Below, piece after piece: positions 9,058-18,184 of a DNA stretch of 29,474 nucleotides (positions are counted from its first letter, which is position 1; every line of letters starts with the position of its first letter). Origin of the DNA: Pseudomonadota bacterium (lineage in GTDB: Bacteria > Bdellovibrionota_B > Oligoflexia > Oligoflexales > CAIMVM01); assembly GCA_037142195.1 (NCBI GenBank), contig JBAXBA010000040.1, positions 1 through 29,474 on the forward strand, given 5' to 3'. The position numbers and the translations under genes were made by a program. Under the pieces are notes generated by a model. The model had not been told where the DNA came from and searched no databases. It saw only the letters and a program-made list of their open reading frames with translations.

Positions 9058-9695
9058 TCCATCCCCTTATAGAAGATAGTCAGAACTTCATTCACCGAGT
9101 CTTGAATTTCACCACTCTTAAGTTGTTCTTTCAGAGGGGCACTAAGTTCAATCATCTCTTTGGAAACACTGAACGAACTAAAATCTTTGGCTAAATAATG
9201 CTCAGCTACACAATCTACTACTTCCCGCGCTTTTAGTCCAAGAGTCGGAAACAACTTCTTGAGCGATTCAACTCGGACCTGCTTTGTTCGCAATTCACTA
9301 TCTGCTACCAAGTGAGCATAGAGGTCTGCTTCGTCAATAGGTTGGCCAGCCAATTTTCGGTTCGCATATTGAGATAGTAAATCCCTATCAACCTTATGCT
9401 CACGCAGTTTGGATCGAGTCAGTTTTACAGACTCAAGTGATGAAAACCCACTGTACACTTCCGAAGCATTTCCAAAAACCGACTTTAGTTTCTTCCGCTC
9501 TCGCTCTATAGCTAGTTCATTAGTCATTTGGTCATCACGGCTAAAAAACTCATCTAAAGGCTCACCTGCAAGCCTGGCTTTCATGATGGCGATAATTTGG
9601 GGATCTACATCAATGACCTCTTCCGTATGAGGCTGAATCTCCAAAGTCGGCATTTGTCGGTTCTTTGGAAATTTCAAACTTTTAGGTTCAGTCAT
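9054..9695 (-). CDS. Hypothetical protein resembling a stand-alone HsdR C-terminal (EcoEI_R_C-like) domain
   Basis: ATGA overlaps with both hsdR and hsdS. By-eye alignment to the adjacent HsdR C-terminus includes DFSSFSVSKE vs DFKPFLVSKE. Confidence 0.7.
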   Translation of the reverse strand: MTEPKSLKFPKNRQMPTLEIQPHTEEVIDVDPQIIAIMKARLAGEPLDEFFSRDDQMTNELAIERERKKLKSVFGNASEVYSGFSSLESVKLTRSKLREHKVDRDLLSQYANRKLAGQPIDEADLYAHLVADSELRTKQVRVESLKKLFPTLGLKAREVVDCVAEHYLAKDFSSFSVSKEMIELSAPLKEQLKSGEIQDSVNEVLTIFYKGME

Positions 9696-12163
9696 GCTGC
9701 AATCCTCTCATCGTAAAGTGCTGCCTGAAAGTCGTTAATCAACTTCATAAGAGCATCGGCACCGCCCACGAGTTTTTGAATATCGCCTATGGCACCATAT
9801 TTTTTAAGTCCAGGCGTCTGCCAAAGCTCCTTAGAAACCAAAAATGGTTTGAAGTCGCTGTCTCTATATACCGCGATCAAGTCTTCGATTAGAGGCTTCG
9901 CTGCGGGCGGCAAATCGTTATAGAAACGATGATTAAGTGCGCGGCTCTTAGCTATGCGCTCTTCTTTAGTCAGATATTCGTTGCCAAAAATCAGACTAGA
10001 GACCACATCCAAGGTGTCTACATCTCGCATTCCATATTTGGCAAAGAAGACCTGATGCAAGGCTTCAAGGTTCATTCCCAAGTCTAAGGCTTGCTGATCG
10101 ACAAACTCACGTCTCGATTTGTGGTCTAACCAGACTAAATTGAGATCACGTAACTGAGCAAACTGCTTTTTTAAAACCTCAGACTGAAACAGCACGAACT
10201 TTTCAGGAGTCAGCGGCTTGCCATCAGGCCCAGTAAAGGAAACACTTTCCGCGACCATCTTTACATTGCCGCGAAGAAACTCTTCGCTCATTCGGTAGCG
10301 AATCTGCCCTTCCTCTTCGGGAGGCTCTTCGTAAATACCCAGGCTCGGGACTTCTTTTTCTTCCGCATCACCTGGACTACTTGATACCGATTCTGGCGAA
10401 TCCTCAGTCGACTCAACATCAATCGAGCCGTCGTCAATCACAGCTGTTGGTTCATCATCCCAGTCAGGGTCATTGAATAGCTGGGTAGAAAAGTTGGCAT
10501 ATTCCAGGATAAAGAAACCAAGCTTCTCTTTGTATTTATCAAAGTGTTCATAGGTCCGCGTGCCTCGCCCTATAATCTGCTTGAACTCAACCATTGAGCC
10601 GACATTGCGGAATATGACGATATTTCGAACTGTCTTAACGTCTATGCCAGTGGTCAGAAGTTTAGAGGTCGTTACAACAATGGGCTCATTGGACTCCAGG
10701 TCAGAAAACTTTTCTAGGTATTGGTATTTACCGTTAGCGTCTTTGTCATTGCCTGTGATGCGAGTGGCGTAAACCTTGTCATAGTCAAACTTGTAACGCT
10801 CTTTGTACTTGGGAAAAGTCTCATTTATGTATTTAGCCATATCGAGGGCGTGTTGTTGATCCACACAGAAAACTATGGTTTTGCCCAAGGGGTCAGTTGA
10901 AAACAAGTGTTTGATTAAATGTTGAGCAAATGCTCGGGTGCGTTCTGGAATGCTTAACTGCCGCTCAAAGTCAGGTGTCAGATAGTCTTTCATTTCTAAT
11001 GCACGACCTCGTGCATCACGCACGTCTTGATGGTCTGGACGATATCCGAGCGCATCTATATTGGAAGTGACTTTCTTAATAATATACGGGCTCAAAAATC
11101 CGTCAGCGATCCCGTCCTTCAGGCTGTAGGTTACTACAGGATTACCGAAGTACTTGTAAGTGTCGTTTGTTTCATCACGTCTTGGAGTAGCAGTCAATCC
11201 AACCTGAATAGCGGAGTTGAAGTACTTAAGAAGCCTGAACCAAGAGCCATCTAAACTCGTTCCCCTGTGGGCTTCATCTATAACAATTAGGTCAAAAAAG
11301 TCAGGAGGAAACTCCTTATATCGGTCAGCTCTTGTCAGCTTCTGACCTTCGTCATCTTCCCCCACAAGTGACTGGTAGATACCAAAGTAAAGGTCTCTAC
11401 TGAGCGGAAAAGTCTCGTCTTTCGGAGACAGTCGGTAGCAAGCATCCTTGTCCATGGCATTATTAAAGTCATTAAAAGCTTGGTCGGCTAATAGATTTCT
11501 ATCCACAATAAAGAGGATCTTCTTAGCCACTCTTGAATGGAATAGCTTGTAGACGAGTTGCATGCTGACAAAAGTTTTCCCTGTGCCTGTAGCTTGTGAA
11601 ATTAGAACCCGCTTATTTCCATTTAAAATGGACTCAATTGCAGAACGCACAGCCCTTTCTTGGTAGTATCTAGGACGCCTTCTCTGACCAATTTGGGATT
11701 CATCGTAAAAGTCTTTGGTAATAGCCGCTTCGCTTGATGGAGTTGGCTTGATTCCTGCGTGTTTGAGATACATACCCCAAAGCTCTTCAGGAGTATGAAA
11801 CGACGGCACCGTTTGCTGAGTCCCGGCTTTTAGGTCGAAAAACTCAATTTCGTGGCCATTTGAGGCATAGGCAAACCAAAGACCGAGTTTCTCTGCATAT
11901 TCTTTGGCCTGAGAAGCGCCTTCAAGGTGATGCTTACTCGCGTCTTTAGCCTCGACAACTGCGATAGCGACCGATGGTTTGTAGCGAAGCAAGTAATCGG
12001 CATAGATAGGACGTGAGCGCTTCGCTGTCTTTCCATCCCAGTTGATACGACCAGCAGTGATTGAGTATTCCATATCAATCTGCCAATCATGCTTATGCCA
12101 ACCCGCTTCGTCTAACTTAGGATGAATGAGTTTAAACTTGGTGTTTTCTTCATTGCGAGCCAT
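9692..12163 (-). CDS. hsdR: Type I R-M restriction subunit (EcoAI/EcoEI-like)
   Basis: Nuclease motifs ADYLL...VVEAK and QAKEY, Walker A ATGTGKT, DEAH, TAT, QIIGRGTR, an acidic linker and a C-terminal helical domain. Confidence 0.96.
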   Translation of the reverse strand: MARNEENTKFKLIHPKLDEAGWHKHDWQIDMEYSITAGRINWDGKTAKRSRPIYADYLLRYKPSVAIAVVEAKDASKHHLEGASQAKEYAEKLGLWFAYASNGHEIEFFDLKAGTQQTVPSFHTPEELWGMYLKHAGIKPTPSSEAAITKDFYDESQIGQRRRPRYYQERAVRSAIESILNGNKRVLISQATGTGKTFVSMQLVYKLFHSRVAKKILFIVDRNLLADQAFNDFNNAMDKDACYRLSPKDETFPLSRDLYFGIYQSLVGEDDEGQKLTRADRYKEFPPDFFDLIVIDEAHRGTSLDGSWFRLLKYFNSAIQVGLTATPRRDETNDTYKYFGNPVVTYSLKDGIADGFLSPYIIKKVTSNIDALGYRPDHQDVRDARGRALEMKDYLTPDFERQLSIPERTRAFAQHLIKHLFSTDPLGKTIVFCVDQQHALDMAKYINETFPKYKERYKFDYDKVYATRITGNDKDANGKYQYLEKFSDLESNEPIVVTTSKLLTTGIDVKTVRNIVIFRNVGSMVEFKQIIGRGTRTYEHFDKYKEKLGFFILEYANFSTQLFNDPDWDDEPTAVIDDGSIDVESTEDSPESVSSSPGDAEEKEVPSLGIYEEPPEEEGQIRYRMSEEFLRGNVKMVAESVSFTGPDGKPLTPEKFVLFQSEVLKKQFAQLRDLNLVWLDHKSRREFVDQQALDLGMNLEALHQVFFAKYGMRDVDTLDVVSSLIFGNEYLTKEERIAKSRALNHRFYNDLPPAAKPLIEDLIAVYRDSDFKPFLVSKELWQTPGLKKYGAIGDIQKLVGGADALMKLINDFQAALYDERIAA

Positions 12164-12676
12164 CTGTAGTTATTCCTTTTACCTTGCTGGCTATAAAATC
12201 AGCAAAAAACGAGCCCTCAAGCCCAATTATCTAGTGAACACCTACTTGCCACTAAATGGATAGGTGACGCGTTTAACGTCGACTTTTAGCCTTTCGCTTT
12301 TTGTTGCAGTCATCCTGACAGCTATCCTAGTCCCCCAAAGAGAACTTGATTATTGTTATCTATGTTGCTGATGTTATGGAAGAACGTTACTATTGGCAAT
12401 AGAATTGTTTAATATCAATGAACCCCAAAACTGATCGGATGACACTATAAAAACTGCCTTTGATTGCGACTAAACCATCAAAAGCTTCAAAGCCATTGAA
12501 GGATTTGTGCTAAGGAGAAAAAGCCTTTGTCATGCAGTTCAAAGAGTTATTCACAAGTTTTTAAGTGGTCACTTACTAGGAGCACTTTCACTACATAGTT
12601 TACCCTAATCGGTCAAAAACAGACTTGTTTTGGTCGGTTATACTCTAATTGAAATGCAAGGACTCCATAGCGAGTA

Positions 12677-13027
12677 TCAATAGAACTCAACTATTTTTTC
12701 CTCGCCTCTAAGCGTCGCTGAAAGTTTTAAGGTAATATCGATTAGTTTTTCAGCCGGTATCTGATTTAAATCCACGTCTTTAACTTTTTCCTTTAGCTTT
12801 TCTAACATTCCAGAAAGTAAGGCAAGTCGATGTTTCTTCCCTATACTGTAGCTCTCCAAAAGAATTTCATCTTCCAATTGTCTCAATGCACGAATCTCTT
12901 CAAAATATAGCCTAGACCATTCAATTAAGGTGCTTTTGCTCGTGTTTAACTCTTTTGCTATGTTTGCAAAACTTAGCCCTTTGGCTCTTAAAGCTACAAA
13001 CTTGCTTTTTACCTCTAAATCTTTCAT
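12677..13027 (-). CDS. Small HTH plus coiled-coil protein, possibly terminase-small-subunit-like
   Basis: N-terminal HTH GLSFANIAKELNTSKSTLIEW with a helical C-terminus. SD AAGGAG upstream. The function is inferred. Confidence 0.6.
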   Translation of the reverse strand: MKDLEVKSKFVALRAKGLSFANIAKELNTSKSTLIEWSRLYFEEIRALRQLEDEILLESYSIGKKHRLALLSGMLEKLKEKVKDVDLNQIPAEKLIDITLKLSATLRGEEKIVEFY

Positions 13028-13280
13028 TTTATGCTCCTTTTGCTAGTAAATAATTATAGTAACTGGAGACCATAAAACCAATGAAAAAGTGCTGTTTTTA
13101 GCCTAAATATTGCGAATAGGTTCGCCAACTTTGCCCCATTTACTTCAAGTATTTTTCTAACACTCAAATTTTGAGCAACTACCCAGGGTCGATTTTCCAA
13201 TTCGGCAGACGCCTCATTAACCAATTGATATTAATAGTAAATCGAAGGGGACTAGAATCTCGCACTCTATTTTTTATGAT

Positions 13281-13466
13281 CTGACACAGGTGGCACGGGT
13301 CTTTCTATTTATACTTAAACTGTTACCCAGTTTTTTTATTCATAACCATATTCACAAATATTTTTTATCTTCTACGCGAGGATAGAAAAGAATTACCTGT
13401 GCCACGTGTGTCAGGCTAACGAAATTAGTAAGTTACAGAATTGAAGAACCGTGCCAGCGTGTCAGA
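13281..13466. repeat. Inverted iteron-like repeats around an AT-rich core; putative replication origin
   Basis: CTGACACAGGTGGCACGGGT (13281-13300) is inverted relative to ACCTGTGCCACGTGTGTCAG (13395-13414, 18/20 match) and ACCGTGCCAGCGTGTCAG (13448-13465). The spacer 13301-13394 is AT-rich. Confidence 0.65.
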
Positions 13467-13528
13467 AATACTTATCAAGCAAAAATTTTGAGATGTTTAG
13501 TTTTTGTCCCTGCAAATGTAGCTATTTT

Positions 13529-14332
13529 TCATAGGTCAAAGAAGTCAATATTGATGCAAGAAATCTGTTCCTCAGGGGACTCTCTTACAACATTAATGGC
13601 CGCTTTAAGGGCCTCCGATAGAATTTCCTTAACACGAAGAGAATCTTGCTTGGACAACGAAACTACCCCAGAGTAGTGAAGCTGACCTACTTTGGCTTGC
13701 GAAATCTCTTGTACTGCGCGAAGCCGCCAATTCGAATGATGTTGAATAAGAAAGGGTGAGGCATTATCCAGGTGCAGCATAGATCTTTGCTGGATATATT
13801 TTCCTGGCTCCTTCTTTACGGCGAGGCCAGACCCCACTAAGAAACGGAGAATGTTTTCAACAGTAGTCTGTGGAATTCCAATATGATCCGAAATAGCTGA
13901 GCTAAATTGAAAAGCCTCAATGCTTAACATGACATGGACACACGAGTAGATCCAACTGGAGTAGTACTGGGCTTTTACTTCATCTGAGAGATCTTCATTG
14001 ATGCCGAGTTTGTTTCGGATCGGAGTCGCTGCAGCCTTCATCGAGGAAAGCATAGTGGAATAGACCCCTCTCAGACTTTCGGTCCCTGCTCGATTGAATT
14101 GAACAAGTATTACAAAATAGGCAGTCTGATCGCGATCTAGTTTGAGGTATTGCGCGGTTTTATCGGCCTGCTCAGAACTAAAATGAGCATCTCCCCCTAA
14201 AACGGCAGTGACATGGGAGGGCTGGCATCCTATAAAAAATGCCAGGTCACGGCGAGTCCCCCCCTTTTTATTCATGGTCGCAAGCGATGCATCGACAAAT
14301 TTCTTGTAGCTATCGCAGTCGTAAATATCCAT
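13529..14332 (-). CDS. TIGR02147/DUF4423-family protein, putative HTH regulator
   Basis: MDIYDCDSYKKF start, HTH RDLAFFIGCQPSHVTAVL, YYSSWIY, HHSNWR and a C-terminal NIDFF. Start moved from 14401 to the ATG at 14332. Confidence 0.85.
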   Translation of the reverse strand: MDIYDCDSYKKFVDASLATMNKKGGTRRDLAFFIGCQPSHVTAVLGGDAHFSSEQADKTAQYLKLDRDQTAYFVILVQFNRAGTESLRGVYSTMLSSMKAAATPIRNKLGINEDLSDEVKAQYYSSWIYSCVHVMLSIEAFQFSSAISDHIGIPQTTVENILRFLVGSGLAVKKEPGKYIQQRSMLHLDNASPFLIQHHSNWRLRAVQEISQAKVGQLHYSGVVSLSKQDSLRVKEILSEALKAAINVVRESPEEQISCINIDFFDL

Positions 14333-14479
14333 TATAATTCCTATAATCGAGATGCATTCAGTAAAAATGAACATTTTATGTTTTAATTCTGAACAATTCA
14401 ATAGATTTAAAGATAACTTGGGCTAAGTTTGAATCTGGGTTAAGTCACAAACGTTAGATTTTGAAATGGAGACAAAAAA

Positions 14480-15541
14480 ATGAATTCTATTTTTCTCAAA
14501 TTGAGGCTCTTGATCGTAGGTACTTCTTTTGTTTCGGCCATAAGTTTTGGCGGATCGGTCAGCGGGGGAGGAGGAAATTCATTGCCCCCGGATCCCATTG
14601 GAAGCGCAAAAGTTGTTGAGATGCTTCCAAAGTTACGAGGGCCAATGATTGGTTTTTTTTGGGCATTAGAACAATCTCTTGTCGCGGCAAATATGAAAGA
14701 ATATTCGGTCTTTTTCAATGGACCGGTAACTGTTTACGAGGTGATAAATTCATTAGAAATACAGGCTTTGGTAGATGCACCGTGTTTAGATAGCAGTGGA
14801 ATTGAAGTTGATGGCAGTGTGTACAATAGCCCATCAAACGGAGTTTGTATTAGTGCCCTTAGACTAGGATCTAAATTAGACGAAGTTAATGCGTATACAC
14901 AAACATTGAGCTTGGTTATCCATGAAATTTCGCATAAGTTCGGTTTTGACGAGGAGGCTGCAACAAAGTTTCAGTCCCGTGTATTTTGGTTTATACGCTT
15001 TGATAGTTTAAATGACTTTGAAGAAAATTGGTACAACGCCTCAGGCCGTCTATCCCAAATTTTTCGTAACTTAGATTTAATCACTCCAAATTCAAATTGG
15101 AATTTAGTTTGCACAAGTGCACAAGAAATTCAACGTCAGTACGATCAGTTATTGCAATTGTTTGCTAGTTCACAATGGACAAGTGTGCTCCGCTGGAAAA
15201 GGTCTTCGCAAGTTCTTGCCGATCGCTGGAATGTTTTAGGTTTGCAAGTTGCGGGCTGTGGTCAAGCTGACAGCCCCTTAAAAAATCAAGAAAATGAGAA
15301 AGATTTTAAGCGATATTCGGAAGTTTTTGCTAACTCTAATCTTTTAACCATCGAAACCTTTACAAAGAAATATACTGCTGGTGAATACACAGAAAAATCT
15401 AGTCAAGAGATTCTTAATGTTGACACTATTTCTGCCGCTGTGAAAGAAAGTGAAAGGTTGCGAGACAGAGCTGCTATTTTTCTTGAAGATTTAGGTAAGT
15501 TGAAAGGTGAATTTGTCGTAACTTCTGAAAAGCGAAAATAG
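14480..15541 (+). CDS. Secreted hypothetical protein with a GGSVSGGGG motif and an HExxH motif
   Basis: Signal-peptide-like N-terminus followed by a Gly-rich motif, and VIHEISHK. SD GGAG upstream. Confidence 0.75.
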   Translation: MNSIFLKLRLLIVGTSFVSAISFGGSVSGGGGNSLPPDPIGSAKVVEMLPKLRGPMIGFFWALEQSLVAANMKEYSVFFNGPVTVYEVINSLEIQALVDAPCLDSSGIEVDGSVYNSPSNGVCISALRLGSKLDEVNAYTQTLSLVIHEISHKFGFDEEAATKFQSRVFWFIRFDSLNDFEENWYNASGRLSQIFRNLDLITPNSNWNLVCTSAQEIQRQYDQLLQLFASSQWTSVLRWKRSSQVLADRWNVLGLQVAGCGQADSPLKNQENEKDFKRYSEVFANSNLLTIETFTKKYTAGEYTEKSSQEILNVDTISAAVKESERLRDRAAIFLEDLGKLKGEFVVTSEKRK

Positions 15542-15659
15542 TTGCTGGGCGGATTTGAAGTTAGTCCTTAAAAAAAAGATAGTTTTTTTGGAGATTTGCA
15601 AATAGACTGCATTTGTCACATAGACCAGTAAAAGCTCTATATTTTAATCAATTTATTTC

Positions 15660-15686
15660 AAGGCAGGTTAACCTGCCTTTCTTTTT
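15660..15686 (+). terminator. Intrinsic terminator between convergent genes
   Basis: Perfect palindrome AAGGCAGGTTAACCTGCCTT followed by TCTTTTT. Confidence 0.7.
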
Positions 15687-15702
15687 GACTTCGACTCATA
15701 GA

Positions 15703-16200
15703 TTAAACTTTATATGGTTCTATGGAACGAATCATCGTCCTTTTTTCAGTTTGAAATCCCACTCGTTCATACATCTTTAAAGCGTCTTCATTCCCCTCAA
15801 ATACAGTAAGCTCGAGGCATTTTGCCCCAATCTCACGGGCCCAGTCTTCCACTTCTTGAATCAAGCGCTGAGCAACTCCCATTCTTCGGTAGCCATAATC
15901 TACTGACAGATGGTGGATACATACGCCTAAACGTGGCATTCGCCGACCTCCCTGGTCTATTTTCGCAATCTTGCAATCAATATATCCACAGGCGACATTG
16001 TCTATTGTCGCGACAAAGAGTCTACGATCTGGATCATCAAGCCTGGCTAGTAGCCCTCCATGAGTACTTTGAGGCGCAGGCATTCGAGCCCAAAGTTCTG
16101 GCATCGTTTCGTAGTGAAACCGCGAAAGAATCTCCTGAAAATTGACATAGGCAGCGTAGTCGCTAATTTGTAACCTGCGAATTGAAATTTTATTTCTCAT
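15703..16200 (-). CDS. GNAT-family N-acetyltransferase
   Basis: Motif A LSVDYGYRRMGVAQRL and LTVFEGNEDALKMYERVGF. Confidence 0.92.
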   Translation of the reverse strand: MRNKISIRRLQISDYAAYVNFQEILSRFHYETMPELWARMPAPQSTHGGLLARLDDPDRRLFVATIDNVACGYIDCKIAKIDQGGRRMPRLGVCIHHLSVDYGYRRMGVAQRLIQEVEDWAREIGAKCLELTVFEGNEDALKMYERVGFQTEKRTMIRSIEPYKV

Positions 16201-16438
16201 TCTTGTCTCTTTGATCTATTCGTTGCCCAGTTAACATACACAAATAGTCAAGGTTAGTTTATCCTATAATTGCTATCGGATAGAGAAATATTTAAGTCTG
16301 ATTAAATCAGCGACCGTTTTCAGTTGTTTAAGAAATGTGTGAAGTTATATTCAAACCAGGGGCCTTTTGAAGGCTAATTTCTAATATTTGATTTCCTGCA
16401 GGAAATACTATCTAACATCGGATCTAATAATTTCAGAG

Positions 16439-18184
16439 TCACTTCAGATTTTCTTGCACACTTGTAATCTCACGTAAGCTCAATAGGTCTGCCCCAGGAT
16501 TCAATTCGTTTTTTTGGGACGATTCAGTTTGTAACTTTATGCCAATCCAGGACCTGGTTTTCTGGCCGCCTATTTTAATGGCATTCTTGCTCATCTGGAC
16601 CTTGGGAAAAACAGAGCTGACCTGGGAACAGAATTCTTTGGCCTTAACAGGCTCTGTCAGCTCCTGCCTGCAAGCTTCTTCGTATTTTCTGTAAAGCTCA
16701 TTTCTGCTTATCTGTGAACCAGGTGACTCTTTAAGATTCGAGCGAACGAAATCGGCTTCAAAACTCACAGCATTTTTGAGCTCGATCTTTATTTTTTTCG
16801 ATTCTTCAGTTTCACTGAATCCATGCCACCAAATGTCAAATAGTCCTGCTATTGCCCATGATAGTATACCGGGAACCTCACCGCTTTCTTGCCAAAATTC
16901 CGCCTTCGTAAGGCGCTTATCCTGCTTGGCCTCGTCGAGCAATTGAAAGTCAAATAGAATGACGAATAGTCTCCTCCAAAGACCTTCTGAGATATCTCCA
17001 AAGTTCGGCATTTCATTTGTGGCGAAAAGGAGTTTGGCTTTGGACCGCATGTTGAAGGGATCTTTGAACTTCCTTTGAACTTGAACCTCACCGCCGGCAA
17101 TTATGTCCTTCAACAATCCAACCGAAATTCGGTCACAGTCTTTGGCAGAAATTTCTTCAACGATGTTGGCTTTCTTCCCGTCGAGTTCGGCCAAATTGAA
17201 TTGTCGATCGCTTCTAAAGGACTCTAATGGCACAGCAGATACGTTACCTTTTCCAAGCAAAGTTCTAAGGACAGTACACACTACGCTCTTCCCATTGGCA
17301 CCGCTCCCCAAAAGAATCATAAACTTGTGATAAGATACGTCGCCAGTAAGGGAGTAGCCAAACCATTGCTGAAGTAATCTAAGCTTAGACTTATCAGGGA
17401 GAATCTCTTCGACGACTTTATCCCAGGTAGGGCACTTGGCATGTTCATCAAATTTGAAAGGCAATACAGATGTAGAAAAGAAGTTAGGCGTATGAGCAAT
17501 TAATGATTCTTGGTTTCGGTCAAATAGCTTTTTCAGATCTAAAATTCCATTGTCACAACTAAGAAGGTAGTCAGAGTGCCCCATTGGGTCACCAATCCAG
17601 GTATTTAGATCCCGATGAAAAGGAAGTAAGATTTTCCCCTGGATGTCAGCAATCAAATTGTTGCGTATGGTTTTTCCAACTGTCTCCTCTAATTGCTCAT
17701 TTAACAACCATGCACTTACCTCGGCTTCAAAATCATGATTAGGAATTTCTTCGTAATGCTTTCCATTGTATTTAAAAATGGAGCCTTTAAAGTACCTGAT
17801 TAGAAGTAAACCATCTTTCACGTATTCAGACGATTCAAGAAATATGTTGGCAAGAGACTCGTCTTCGTTAACCGAATCATTTTCTTCTGCGATTCTATTC
17901 ACCTCGGGCAAGGTTTCATCGGTCGGAATAAATATCTCTTTCGGTTTTTGATTCCTATAATCTGCAAGCAAACCCAATATAGTATTTTTCATGAATCCAA
18001 GATGCCTGAGGGATTTCTTTGCTTGTTCAAAATGAGGTGGGGAGTCTATTTTCCAATAGATCAAGGGCTTCCAATTCCGCTTTGCCAAGCTTTTGTACTT
18101 CTCCGGAATCGAAGAAAATAGAAAAAACGGAAAGGGTGCTAAGTGCGCCTTTGATGCGGTTTTCAAACCTGTCAATTTGGCCAT
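16439..18184 (-). CDS. D5-like SF3 helicase (P4-family primase C-terminal module); true start uncertain
   Basis: NGILDL, CPTW, Walker A GSGANGKS, Walker B IVEE, motif C FATN and WRR. The first ~50 codons overlap the primase ORF and may not be translated in this frame. Confidence 0.88.
   Translation of the reverse strand: MAKLTGLKTASKAHLAPFPFFLFSSIPEKYKSLAKRNWKPLIYWKIDSPPHFEQAKKSLRHLGFMKNTILGLLADYRNQKPKEIFIPTDETLPEVNRIAEENDSVNEDESLANIFLESSEYVKDGLLLIRYFKGSIFKYNGKHYEEIPNHDFEAEVSAWLLNEQLEETVGKTIRNNLIADIQGKILLPFHRDLNTWIGDPMGHSDYLLSCDNGILDLKKLFDRNQESLIAHTPNFFSTSVLPFKFDEHAKCPTWDKVVEEILPDKSKLRLLQQWFGYSLTGDVSYHKFMILLGSGANGKSVVCTVLRTLLGKGNVSAVPLESFRSDRQFNLAELDGKKANIVEEISAKDCDRISVGLLKDIIAGGEVQVQRKFKDPFNMRSKAKLLFATNEMPNFGDISEGLWRRLFVILFDFQLLDEAKQDKRLTKAEFWQESGEVPGILSWAIAGLFDIWWHGFSETEESKKIKIELKNAVSFEADFVRSNLKESPGSQISRNELYRKYEEACRQELTEPVKAKEFCSQVSSVFPKVQMSKNAIKIGGQKTRSWIGIKLQTESSQKNELNPGADLLSLREITSVQENLK

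Noticed and set aside
13281..13466. CRISPR array
   Set aside because: The repeats are few, partly inverted and irregularly spaced, and there are no cas genes. The same applies to 21418-21551.
15703..16200. GNAT toxin of a toxin-antitoxin pair
   Set aside because: There is no adjacent RHH/DUF1778 antitoxin, and the sequence looks like an ordinary small-molecule GNAT.
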